Positions 23,373 through 35,736 of a stretch of DNA of 64,000 nucleotides are shown piece by piece; position 1 is the first letter of the stretch; each line of letters opens with the position of its first letter. Source of the stretch: Tubulanus polymorphus (taxonomy: Eukaryota > Animalia > Nemertea); NCBI RefSeq assembly GCF_964204645.1, contig NC_134029.1, forward strand, positions 13,294,850 through 13,358,849, in the 5' to 3' direction. The notes under the pieces were generated by a model. It made no database searches. It was given only the letters and a program-made list of their open reading frames with translations, and was not told the origin of the DNA. Made by a program: the position numbers and the translations under genes.

Positions 23373-23477
23373 CATGGTTATCAATTGAATAATGATACGA
23401 TTCTTCATTTGATGTATATAAAGGTAACTAAGAAATTGGACAATACATGAACGTATATGTTTATATATAATCTATTT

Positions 23478-26400
23478 TTAGTTTGTTAAATATTTTTTCC
23501 TCATGAGTGGAACGTCCTGGGTATAAAGCGGTGTATCTCTGTAATAATTTCTCTTCTTTTTCTTCTGATGGCCATGGACCTCTCTTTTTTACATAACAGT
23601 TATCCTTGCCTGTGGATAGTTCAATGACGTTAGTTTTCCACCCACGCAGTGTTTAAACTGCGAGAAGAGAGTTTCTACTGCACTGCCATTCACTGTGAGT
23701 GGGGTAATATAATATCCAGGAAATTCAGTGAGATAGTCTTTGCAAAATCCAATGAACCCAAACACCATAACACGAAGTAGATCATATGTCTGAAAATATA
23801 AATAGTGTCTCCATTTCTTATAGATGCTCATTTAAAAAGATAGCCATAGGTGCTATTTCGTTGATATGTTATCTTAGTTTACCTGCCAACTAATAAATTT
23901 CTTTTGGGATGGAGAAATCATCTGGAATTCGTCAGCAACTGAAAATAAGATAGGAACCCAATTTTGAATTAGTTAATTTCTCTATGAATTATTTCGTCTG
24001 GCAAATTTATTTTAGACACATGTAAAATAATTTGTTATATCGGTGCATTCACTCACATTCATGGTGTAGATATTCACACCAGTCCCTGAAGTATTTAAAT
24101 CCTTCTGAGATGTTCAATATTATTGGGCTTTCCATGTCATGAATCTGGCTATTTCTTGTCATGTCATTTGGTTTTCTACTTTTTAGAAGTCCTTCTTCAA
24201 AAAGTTGGCTGCAAGCCACCAGGTAACTTCGGGTTGCCATAACATGTTCTGATTCCAATGGGATAGGAGAATTGTCGGGATTCGCGTAACTGTAGAGTTC
24301 GGCAAGCACTTGCGGTTGCTATAAATAAATACAGTTCGTGAAGACTAGGTTCTGACAGTTATCTCTTAATTAAGATTGAATTAATGTTTTTTATACCTGC
24401 ATGATTTTTGCTGGTTTAACATTTAGCTTAGTTCAGGAATCTCGTTCTATATAAGATTTGATCAATCCTGGTGCCATCCGAAGATGATTATCATCTCTTC
24501 TTTGAGTTTCACGATTCCACATACTTTTTATTTCATCCCATCCGAATTCAACTCCATTCATGAAGTTTTTCGTTCCACCTGTTTGACTTGCTCACAACTG
24601 ATTAATTTGATTTTTAAGCTGTAAAAAGAAACATATCAATAAAAATGAGATCCTTCAATTATACTGTAAAATACCATATTTCAACTTGGATAGAAGTGTT
24701 TGCTTACTTGATGTGATGGACAGATGACAAAGTAAATGTTCTTTTCTGGTTCGTGGGGGTTCATCATCCAAGGTTCAACTTTATGTCGATCTTCCTGGGC
24801 ATCTTTTAGACCAAAGGCACCGTGCGGATAACTACTGAGTGTTTTTATCATCGATAGGTTGGTGCTGGCTCCATCAGTCACCACCACCCTTGTCTGCAAA
24901 GAAATTTGAAAATTAAAGATATCTGAAGATGCTAATCAATGGGTTTCATCAAAAATTATGAATTTTTGGTTTCATTTGCAATCAACTTAAAAACTTACCC
25001 TGAATCCATACTCATAAAAGATTCTCAAGACATCATACAGACAAGCTGTCGTAAAAGCTGCATCCATTGTTGTGTGACAATTAAAATAAGGTCCAATAAT
25101 ATCGAAATCACTGCTTAAGTCCCTCCACAAAAACTGCAACTCATATTCAGCCGTCTCTGGTGTACATTCTCCGGATAATTCTTTGAAAATATCTTTCAAA
25201 GAAGACATTTCTGTGGCGTCCATAGCGAGCCCGTTGAGTTGTTTATTTTTACTATTCCACGCTACTTTACCGATAACTTTTACTTCATCGAGTATCAAAA
25301 CTCCAGTTGAGGTTGGTGATTTTTTGCCTTTCGATGCACACTCATTTTTCCACAAATTATAACCGTTAAATGTGTCTTCTATATAATCATAATATGACTC
25401 CGTTCCAGGAGCCTGCAACAGTGCAGTAGAATAGTGCTGCAGTGAACTTCGCGAGGGCAGTTTGAAAATTCCCCACTCTGGAATCGCTTCGTAGGCTGCA
25501 GGGCTTCGACAGTATATTGACAGAGCAATTCGATAGGTGACCATACTCCAACGGTTTCCTTTCTGTCCAGTTTCTAATTTGAAAAATTAAAATATTTTGT
25601 AAATTTTGTCTGGATTTCACTTTTCAATTTGAAATTTGGATCAACAAATATATTGAGTTAAAGAAGTCCAATTTTCATTTAGAATTGTGGGCTAAAGTAT
25701 CCAATATTGAGAAGTATATTGAAAATATCTAGTGGTTCAGAATTATATGAATTTTTCCATGAATTCTAAATGATAGAAATTCACTTACCATTGCGGTGCT
25801 GATCGGCTTCCCAGGTAGTTTATATTGCTTGCAATGTGTCTTTTTCTAATTCTGCTTCCGCTAAGACAGCTTCGATATCACCAGGCTTGACGTGAGAACA
25901 AAAACCTTCCAATTCCTTACTTTGCGTCTGTTCAAGTTCGATGGTATAGTCATTTTGAATTTTCTGTGAGGTGTTAATTAATCGACGCTTTACATTTCTA
26001 GCACTTGAACTGTTTCTCTCGATTCTCCGCTTTTTGCTTCGTGGTGTCAAATTAGTCATAGGATAGTTAGAATTTTTTTCTGAACGTCTTGCTTTAGTTT
26101 GCGGAGTAACCAATTGTTCACGCTTGTTCGTCTTTCGAAGATTGCGATAAGCATTTGAACATTCCGGACATCGAGACGTTGCTGATAATCTTGCTTCTCG
26201 TTCTTCTACCGTGACATTGAATCGAAGTTTGAACCATTTTTTGCACTTTTTTGATATAAATGATGGCGGAATCTTTCTCTCGATAACGAACGACGGAATA
26301 TACTTGATTGACGAACAAACGCTGTCAAATTCCGGTCTGGATATTCCTGTGCAGAATACATATTCACTAGACATCCGACCAAGCATATCGTCGATTACAT

Positions 26401-26767
26401 TCCAATCTATTCCCGTGTCCGATAGATATGATGTTTCGAATAAAAATTCATCGCATAAGTAGTGTTTCAGAACACCAGATGTGAATATTAATATCTTCGA
26501 CACGGTTGCTGGTCCTCCCGTAGTGAATCCCACATCACATATTCCTCGAGTAATCTCGAGAAAAATATCTCCAGAGCAACTTAAAAATCGTATTTGTAAT
26601 AACGCAAATAGATCGTGAATATAGTTAACTATTTCTGACAATTCCGATGGACCAGCATTTAGAGCAATTTTGCTACTACCCGTTTGAGTAGTTTTATGGT
26701 CAGTTTCTTTAGAAAGTAATACTGGAACATAAATAACGGCGGGTTGCGCTGGAAAAAATGTAGTCAT
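23478..26767 (-). pseudogene. Seven-exon P-element/THAP9-related DDE transposase with several nonsense mutations
   Basis: NRWSM..RSPAAYE..LPSRSSL, LILDEVKV, TDGASTN, CPSHQLKN, KLNVKPAKIMQ, AVETLFSQ; canonical GT-AG introns; in-frame stops at ~25820, 24592, 24433, 23589. Confidence 0.82.
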
Positions 26768-29179
26768 CTTTTCAGCTTTACTTGTTGCAATTGAAAGACG
26801 TTATATGAATGCGGCTTTATATATGTTTTGAGTTGATCAGTTTGATGGTTTCTAGGGGTATGAACACTGATATTAGTCACGGTAATTAAAAAGAGCAACT
26901 GCTATGTTTTAACCCGTGCACACAGTGATGCATGGCAACTGGTAAAACCATGAACAACTATCTTTTTCGTAGTCATACAAATTTACTTAAAAATCCATCT
27001 ACTAAGATGTAATAAGTTCAATTTTTTATTCAAAGGTACTTATGAGTGGTTATGGCTTAAAACTCCCATTCATATTGCTTTTCTATATTACGGGTTGTCT
27101 AAGTCGTTATTCGAAAAACATCAAATGAAAAAAACCCGTGTAATTTACCTTTCTGAGAAAAACTTGTAAAACTCATTTGTTCTCGTCGGTTTAGCAATTT
27201 TAAAGGATTCGAGGTAGAGAATTGTATATATTTTCACTATCTCTATAAAATACCAAATCAAAATAAGTTGTTTAGCCTAGTTGTTAAGTCTTAATTCGTT
27301 CCACTAATGGGTGAAATAATGGATAAATACCACAGTAACTGAATATAAGGTCATTTTTAGGAATTAGGCTTTATACGTTTACCGATTCGAAGTTTTTCAT
27401 TGGGAATTTTTCGAATATATACCGTGTGCAATTATGTAATTTCTCTAACTTTTTGTTATGCATTAGTAGACCATAGAGAAAACTCATAATTATACGCAAA
27501 TATAATTGCATCAATCGAGATATTTCATAAAGATTCTTTGCTCCGGATACAACAAACGTGGCTTCAACCATTTATCTTAGATATTCTGACCATTCAAGAT
27601 ATCACTCAAGTCACACAGATTTTCCAGGTACTATAAGCTCTACAAGCAAAATTGCTCATAGTGAGTTTACTATAGTTTTCTAAGTATCATTTGTTTATAT
27701 AAACATACGCTGTTTAAATGTCTTGGTCAGCAAACACAAATAGTAACACACTCGTGTACAGACAGACCACATGTGGTTAGGGACAGTACTGTTGTTGTGC
27801 TATGCTAATGACTTACTTATATGCCAATATCCGATTGTGGTGCCATCTGGTTACTACAGGAGTACCCAGTAAAATGCTTGTGAGGCTATGAAAATCCATG
27901 AAAAGAAGGGAGATCTTTTGCCATCTAGTGAGAAAGTGTGCTACTTCTCATAGTTAAGCAGCTATGATCTATATAGGAGAGATTCGAGTCAAACGATACC
28001 AAAATTGTATTTTTAAGTTGAATAGTTGAATAGTAAGTCACAGAATCTCAAACAAAGGGAAAATAACCCATTTTACGAGTTGTACATTTTTAGTCTTTAT
28101 GAATTTTTGATAGTATTCATAATCAATATTATTATTATCTTAAATACAGTTAGAAACAACTGTATCATTATTGCCAGTAATGCCCAAATCAACTGAGGTT
28201 TTTTCAATATCAATATTATTTTTACTCGATTTCTTTGACATTTATATTAGAGAAAAAGCGAAAAAAATATTATAAGTATTCTTCAAATGATACTAGTAAC
28301 TCTTTGGGTTAATACTAGTGTTAACACTAAGAATAATAGCTAGTTAAAGATATGTAATTTTTATTCAATTCTTATCAAAATCTATTTAATTTAGTGTTAA
28401 TTAGAATTGCATAGGAAAATATTAAAAATATAATAGAATTCACTAGCTAGTTGAAGGTATGTAATTTTTAAATTTTTTTATTTGAATTAGGATTTAGATT
28501 ATCTCACTACTTTGGTCTACCTATAGGAGCAATTAAATTGTCCAGATAAGTCATTTCGGATCCTCGATAATAAATCCTCAATCTGAAAAGTAATTTAACG
28601 AAAACGCTGGGTGAATTACTATTTCATAAACACATGTATTTTATTCTACAAACAGCATCGATCGCCAGGCACGAGCTTCCAACTCCCAGGGGCGGGCCTC
28701 GACACCCGGTAAGTTTTGCGTGGAATGCGCGGAATGTTGAAATCAGTACAGAACAGCTGTTGCCATTTACAACAACTAAATAACGAATATAATAGAAACT
28801 ACAATTCAGGCATATATGATACATTGAAAATCTATATAGTATGAAAAACAACTGCTGTTATGAATAGAACTTTATAAATTTAACCAGAACTCTTTAATCT
28901 CAGCATAATTTTCAAACATTTGATTGATTTCATTCAAATGTTTTAATAACAGCAGCAATTGGCAAACTCAATAATTGAAATTTTTTAAACGAGTATAACG
29001 TTCTAATTCTTCTAATTTTTCGTTCATACTCAACACTAATAGATAAGTGGTCTTTAACCCAAGTAGTTCATGAAATATTTACAGTTTGTGTAGAATGAAA
29101 AAGAACAAACCCTTTATTCAAATAATTCCCGAAAGTTATAAAATCCCAAAGATGATTTGATTGTTTAGATAACAGTTTT

Positions 29180-29500
29180 TCATAAATATTCATAAAGTCC
29201 ATAACCACTCAATTTGCTTCTTGCTTCTTTAAGTCCTAATAATGTTTTCAAACTTGGAGTTGGTATTTTTGGTAATTCATTAATCGTTAATTGCTTAGTT
29301 GATATTATTTCGTCTACAATTGCTACTAGTTCTCGATGGTATTCCAAATGTTTTGTAAGTTTTTCGATGGTTTTGTCATCGATCTTTTGAGGTGAAATAG
29401 GTTGTGAAATACCCATGATTTCAGGCGCCTCTTGTGATTGACTTCTTGGTGACAATGGACTTCTTGATCGTATCGAATCGTAATCTGATGCGTATGACAT
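29180..29500 (-). CDS. Polinton accessory ORF (homolog of 43284..43661)
   Basis: Shares KL..HL.YH....KQL..LPK.P...LK.LLG with the copy B protein. Confidence 0.7.
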   Translation of the reverse strand: MSYASDYDSIRSRSPLSPRSQSQEAPEIMGISQPISPQKIDDKTIEKLTKHLEYHRELVAIVDEIISTKQLTINELPKIPTPSLKTLLGLKEARSKLSGYGLYEYL

Positions 29501-29968
29501 TTTCGTTATCTAAAAGAGATATGGGCCAAATATAAATTAGTGCACTCAAATATATTTAAAGGTTTCATATTTAGTAGCCCCCAATAAATAACAACAGAAA
29601 CTGTACATTTAACTCGCGAACTGTAAACCCCGAATTATATCACGAAATTCGAGTAAGAAATATCCTATGTATCCTCCTGTGTATGTATTCGCGCATAATA
29701 TACTATGTGTGTAATGTACGCGCCGCATATAGCTCGCTTTTCACTCGACACTCCTGTCTGCCGTGGTAGTAACAACTGGGCCTTTAATCATTATTACACA
29801 ATAACACCAAGTATGAGTCAGATGTTTTTCAATTTTATATAGTGTTGTATATGTTAAATATCTCGCTACTTTTGTCTATCACCATGTGGGTGCCGTAAAC
29901 GGCACCATCTATGCGGAGCAGTTACTACAACTGTCCAGTTACATCATTTCGGATTCTCGATATCTAAA

Positions 29969-30569
29969 TCATATTCCTTTAATATTATTCCATAATTGTA
30001 TAAATCTTTCAGCTTTAATTATTTGATTATTATATAATTCATTATCAATTTTATCACGTTTAATTCTATTTTCTATTTTCGATAAAGGTTGAATATTCTT
30101 CCAATTAGATATTGTTTTTATTTCAGATTCATCTTTAATTGATGATAATGGGATTACATGATCTAACTCCCAATATTCTCCATAATTATCAAAATTCATA
30201 TTAATATCGAATTGATATTCTATCCATGCTTTAAAAAATTGTTTTTATATAATTTTTGAAAAATCTAATCAAACTATTTCTATGTAACTGTTTTAACTCG
30301 TGAAAAGTATCTAAATGATATTTATTGTTGTGATACTCATTATAAGATTCGCGATTATCTAATTGCCATTTTCTCATGTAGTCTGGATTAATTTCGCGAT
30401 ATTGTTTATTAGTTACTTTTGTACAAGTTTTGCAACAATTTTTTAATCCATCCTTGCGTTTATAACATTCTGAAGATTGTTTACTTAATTTACATTTGCA
30501 ACATTTCTTATGATAAATATCTTTAACACTACTTATAATATTGATAGTTTGTGATTGTTCTGGCTCAAT
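29969..30569 (-). pseudogene. Zn-ribbon + HNH (His-Me finger) endonuclease-like gene, disrupted
   Basis: KKCCKC..NCCKTC at the N-terminus; LDHVIP..NWKNIQPL..EN.IK; start codon appears mutated and frameshifts are present. Confidence 0.75.
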
Positions 30570-30598
30570 TTATTATACATATTTTTACTAAAATTTGA

Positions 30599-33500
30599 TT
30601 AACATGTTATTATCCTGTTCATAATCTCATTCTCTCCTGACTCTTCCGTTTTAAATTTTAAGTATTCATCTAAATTACAACCATGCGCGACTGTGTGGAT
30701 TCCATCATCTAGAATATATCTTTTATCATCGAAAGGGTTCAAACTTATCTTCTCTATCTCTTCAATAAACATCTCGTGATCTTCTGATCTTAAACATTTC
30801 ATCTTATGTTTTCTAACTTCTTCATTGAAAATACAATTGATGTAATCTTTGAAATGAATATTCTTTTCTACTACGCTTTTTGTAATTCCTTTCAATTTCT
30901 TTCATGAGTTTCAGTTCTATAACTATACATTTTAGATAGAATACCTATAAATTCAATCATTTCTTCACCTCCTAATTCATCTTTGAATTTACCGGGCACC
31001 TTTTTATTATCATTGCTAAACAATTCATGAGCTTTTGGATAGTTACTGAAATCAAAATGATGTTTTAATGTTTTCAAATCATCTGTTATGTTATATGTTT
31101 TTATCTTTAATATGTAACTGTCGGTATCAAAATATAAGATTTCTGTATGCTTTTCTCCAAAATGATGTTGTAATACGTAATAATAGAATTCATACATTAA
31201 TAGTTTTGATATTTCTAAAACTGAAGCACCAACATAAATTGGTTTATTATATTTCATTGATGTTCTTCTCATTTTAACAGCGGGTAAATTTTCATCAAAT
31301 ATTCTGTTACCAATAAATTTAGGACATGTTTGTAAATGCCAAATTCGTTTACCATTACTAACTTACTCAATATCATTTCTATTTCTAATATTTTCACAAG
31401 TCTTACCATAGAATGCATTATTCATTAACTTGAAGAAATCTTTCTCCGAATCAGTTTTAGCTTTAGTTCTCTGTTTGGTGTTAAAATCTATATATTTTTC
31501 TAACCATTTAGATTGACTGAATGAAATATACCTATGTACTTTTTTTAGAATCATTCCTTGGTTCAAATAACACTTCAACATTCTATAATGTACTACATAA
31601 TTATATTTATCTTCCTGAGTTACCATTAACTTTTCTGTATGAATATGATTTTCGGGTTTAATTCTTTTGTGATAATTTGATAGTTCTTCATGTGTTACAG
31701 TTTTATGTTCGGGACAGTATGCTAGATTTATAGATTTAAATTTAATGTTTTCAGGATATTCTAAATCTACAACAAAACAGTATCTGAATCATCTGAAATA
31801 TCTAGTTTTATATCTGTAAATTTTAAACCACAGTCCCGAGTTAATCCTGGACTAGAATAACAATGGCATGGATCAATATTAGAATATTTTAGATGTACAT
31901 CTCTAAACCTTTCAAATGTATCAGTTAATAATAATACATCTGATTTTAAATATAAATCTACTAATTGTCCATGATTTTTCATTCCAAAATGATTCCAAAT
32001 ATTCAATGTTCTATTATATACTTCATCTTTAACGTATTCATTTTTTAATTCATCATAGAATAGTTCTTTTAATAATTCAGTTATATTGAAATCATTATGT
32101 GATTTATAAAATGAATATGGAATTGCGCCTTTATCTCATTAATTGAAAATCATCATTATTTGGGTAATGTTGCTTTAATATTTTTAATTCATCATCAACT
32201 AATGATTTGATAAATTATCTAATGAAGCGCTTAAAAATCTATATGAATCTATAAATCTTAAACAACCAAATTGGAAAGATAAATAATTCTCAGATGTTTT
32301 AGCTAACATTTTAGATTTATAAGTTGGTATTTTATCTTTTGGTCTATTTGAATTTAATCTTTCTATTTCATTATTGATTTCTTCTATTTCATGACATAGT
32401 TACTTGAAGAATAAATGAGCATCATACCCTGATAGATTATGAAATATTACAGAAACAAAATTGATTTTCTTAGCATGTAAGTTACAATTCTCATGCCCCT
32501 CTAAACTTTCCATTCGAATGATCATGGTCTCTAACTTTTTTATCTCTAAAATTAAATATCTTTTCACAATAAAAACATTTATCTGCAAACTCAAATTCTT
32601 CTTTATCTTCTTCTGTCATAATTATTTCTATATTTGTATCTAATAGTTTACTAAATTTGATTTCATATTCAATTAATAAGTCACAAAAATGATTGATGAC
32701 ATTTTCATTTCTATAATAATAATATTCACTTTTGATTAGTTCTGGATAATCAGATTTAATATATAACCCGAAAGCTGCAGCACTTTGATGAATCTTTTTA
32801 ATAGTATTTGTTATTAGAGGATCTGAATAATCAATTACATCATTTTCATTAGAATTTAATTTCTTTCTTTTATGATATATTTCTTTTCTATCTTGGTCAG
32901 TTAATTCTTTGTTTAATGATTCGAAATCTCCATATAATACAAATGGTACTTTATTTTTGTAATCATATTTTTTGAATTCTAATATTTCATCCTTTTCATT
33001 TGGTAAAGCTATTTTACAATAATCATGATTATCACATAATTGTTTATGATTTAATAATGCACTTTCAGTTCTAAATTTATGTAAACATTTTCTACATAGA
33101 TATATTTTATTATCAAAATCATTTTCTGATTTGAAAAATAAATCAATACGTTTTATCCACATAATAATAATGATTTTCACAATATAATATATCTATAACG
33201 CCATTTGAATCATAATCTTTTGATAAATACAAAGGTTCTAATGTATAAACTTTAATATTATTACCTTTTGTTTTTGGTAATTTGATTAAATCAAACACAT
33301 TTATCTTTATATTATTATCTCTTTCTATTTTTGGGATATTTTTAATTCATTCAATTTTATTATTTTTAATTTAACAGGTCTATCTTATAATTATTTTCAA
33401 ATGGTTTATAATTTGACACTCTACAAATATTATCAGTTGCAGGATGTAAGCAACTAATTATTGACCAGTGAAAACATTTATCATCAGAATTTTGTACATT

Positions 33501-34038
33501 TATAACAGCATTAGTTTTAAATGGTAATTTGATTTAAGTTGTTCCATTTATATAATCATCTTTATAATATGATAGATTATTTTCATCTATTGGTTTCGAT
33601 TTAGTTAACTTATTATATTTTGTGTTATTAACATGTAAAGTCATAAATATTATTTCATCAAATATTAAACCAGACCCTTCAAAATATTTCTCTTCTATTT
33701 TACTTTTTATTTCATTTTAACATTTATTTAATCTATCATCTATATGCTGTTTTGAAATTATTTGTTGTGAATGAGAATTTATATTATGTATTTGTTTATC
33801 TTCAGATTTTAAAAATTCAACTTTAGCCGATATACTAATTTTAGGGTATTCTACGTCTGTAATTATTTTTATAATACTTTTCATATTTTCTAAATGGTTT
33901 TTATTTCCTTCTAATGTTTTGCCTTAATAAAATTTAAATTCAATAGCAGCTGGTTCAATATCACTTTTAAATGCTTCGGTTATTTCTATTTCTTTTTTAT
34001 TATCTAATGAATTAATATTATTTTCTAACATCTTCCAT
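30599..34038 (-). pseudogene. polB: Protein-primed family B DNA polymerase, heavily frameshifted
   Basis: YGDFES and FHNLSGYDAH exonuclease; VRDHDH..GKFRG (EndoVII-like insert); YLKSDVLLL; KLMNNAFYGKT; YFDTDS; KGITK; PFDDKRY; N-terminal NVQNSDDKCFHWSI. Confidence 0.93.
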
Positions 34039-34395
34039 TTATGGTCTTTTATTGTTTAATTTATTTTTTATTCTTTTAATTATCTCCTGTTTCTTATCAA
34101 TATCTTTATCAAAATATTCTTCACCTAAAATATCATTATTAATATTTCTAATATGACTCTTAGATTTTAAATGTTCTTTATAATATCTTGTGTTACTGAA
34201 TGATTGATTACATGTATCACATTTGTATATTTCTTTTTCATTCTTTAATTCAACTAATTTAGTTTCTAATATATCATCTTTATATTCCAATTTCAATTTA
34301 TTCTCTAAATGCGTTTTAGTTTTATTGTGTCTTGCTTTTTTAGATTTATCTATATTGATTTTACATGTCGGACAGTAGTACTTATTTGCTTCCAT
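34039..34395 (-). CDS. Double C2H2/C2HC zinc-finger ORF, possibly the N-terminus of the PolB locus
   Basis: CPTC..HNKTKTH and CDTC..HLKSKSH. Confidence 0.7.
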   Translation of the reverse strand: MEANKYYCPTCKINIDKSKKARHNKTKTHLENKLKLEYKDDILETKLVELKNEKEIYKCDTCNQSFSNTRYYKEHLKSKSHIRNINNDILGEEYFDKDIDKKQEIIKRIKNKLNNKRP

Positions 34396-34431
34396 TTTAA
34401 TAACAAATTTTTTGTTAAAATTGATTTTACA

Positions 34432-34764
34432 TTATTCGAAATCTATTTCATGGTGCCCTTTTTCATTTTTACCTTTATATATGAAATAGAAATCACGTGA
34501 ACATAATTCTTCTAAATCTTCACTTGATAATCTATGAAATCTATCTGGTAAATATGTTCTGAATTTATATTTATTTCCTTTCAATCCTTCATATTCTAAG
34601 TGAATAACTAATTTATCCCCATATTTGTTAGTAACTGTATCAATATTAGTAATTAAATATTTCTTATGAATTGTTAGCTTCTTAAATTTATAATCTACTG
34701 ATTTGACATTTGTAGTATCTTTAATTTTATTTAAGAATTCACTGTGTATTTGTTTGCTCTCCAT
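34432..34764 (-). CDS. Polinton accessory ORF, unknown function
   Basis: MESKQ..TNKYGDK..TYLPDRF..FIYKG; co-oriented with polB and similarly AT-rich. Confidence 0.6.
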   Translation of the reverse strand: MESKQIHSEFLNKIKDTTNVKSVDYKFKKLTIHKKYLITNIDTVTNKYGDKLVIHLEYEGLKGNKYKFRTYLPDRFHRLSSEDLEELCSRDFYFIYKGKNEKGHHEIDFE

Positions 34765-35736
34765 TTTAATAACATATCTTTTATTAAAATTAATTACAAT
34801 TAATAACATATCTTTTATTAAAATTAATTACAATTATGTCCATGAACTTGCTTAGGATGTTTCATCTCAAGAATAGTCCACTCATAGTCCGCAGTATCAG
34901 GTTTTCTCAAGATGAACGCTCTATACTGTAGGTAATCACTGCAAATTTAACAATTACAAAGTCATTAGCATAACAAAAAAGTTCTCGAATTTGACTTTTA
35001 ATTTTACAAGATTAAAGGAAATAATCAGTTAATTGCTATAGCTGCCAGAGCTCTTATGGTTAGCTTGATCACGATTTAAAAGAAGTAATGTACAGGGAAG
35101 ATAGGCAGCCAGTTGGGTCAACTTTTAAACTCGGCACAGCGGAGAAGCAAGATATCAATTTTTTAGCCTAATATCTGTTGAATTCAATCGCATATTTCAT
35201 AACCGCATATTTCTTAGTGCAGTGCTTTTTCAGAAGTTGATGCTACCATTGGGTCTATATAAATCAACTGTCTCATTTTAACAAAACTAATAGTTCTAAC
35301 TCGTCTTTCGGGGAAGCTCCAGCTACGATTAAATCCTGAGTTATGCAACATTAAGAAAGCTAGTAGTTTTCAGCACCAAACGTAGACGATTTTATTCTTT
35401 ATCAATCGAGTAGCTTCGGGATTTGCCTGCAAGATGTATCAGGCTCCAAGACTCGTCTCAAACTCCACTGATTTTTCATGGATTTACATTCTATTTATAT
35501 AATACTATAAAAGTTGACAGACATGTTTGAGCACACAATTAATTTCAAAACAAACTGTTATCACGGGTGTCGAATTGACAGATGTCTAACTGATTGTGTG
35601 AGTAATAATTAAGTAATGGTGAATTAAAACAACAGCGCGATTAAAAGTATACATGTATATTATTTTTGCTAAATCATCTTAGGTTTCAACATCTATAAAA
35701 TATTTGTAAAAGGATCAGTTTTGAGAATATAACAAC

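Larger units (their letters stand above)
21510..34835 (-). mobile_element. Polinton/Maverick (adintovirus-like) copy A, degraded and truncated at both ends, interrupted at ~22240-28190
   Basis: Contains pPolB, HNH and rve integrase; very AT-rich; collinear (inverted) with copy B. Confidence 0.9.

Noticed and set aside
23478-26767. Stop-codon readthrough or alternative genetic code in the P-like and Polinton genes
   Set aside because: The stops are a mix of TAA and TGA at different expected residues, and the Polinton genes also carry frameshifts; this fits neutral decay.
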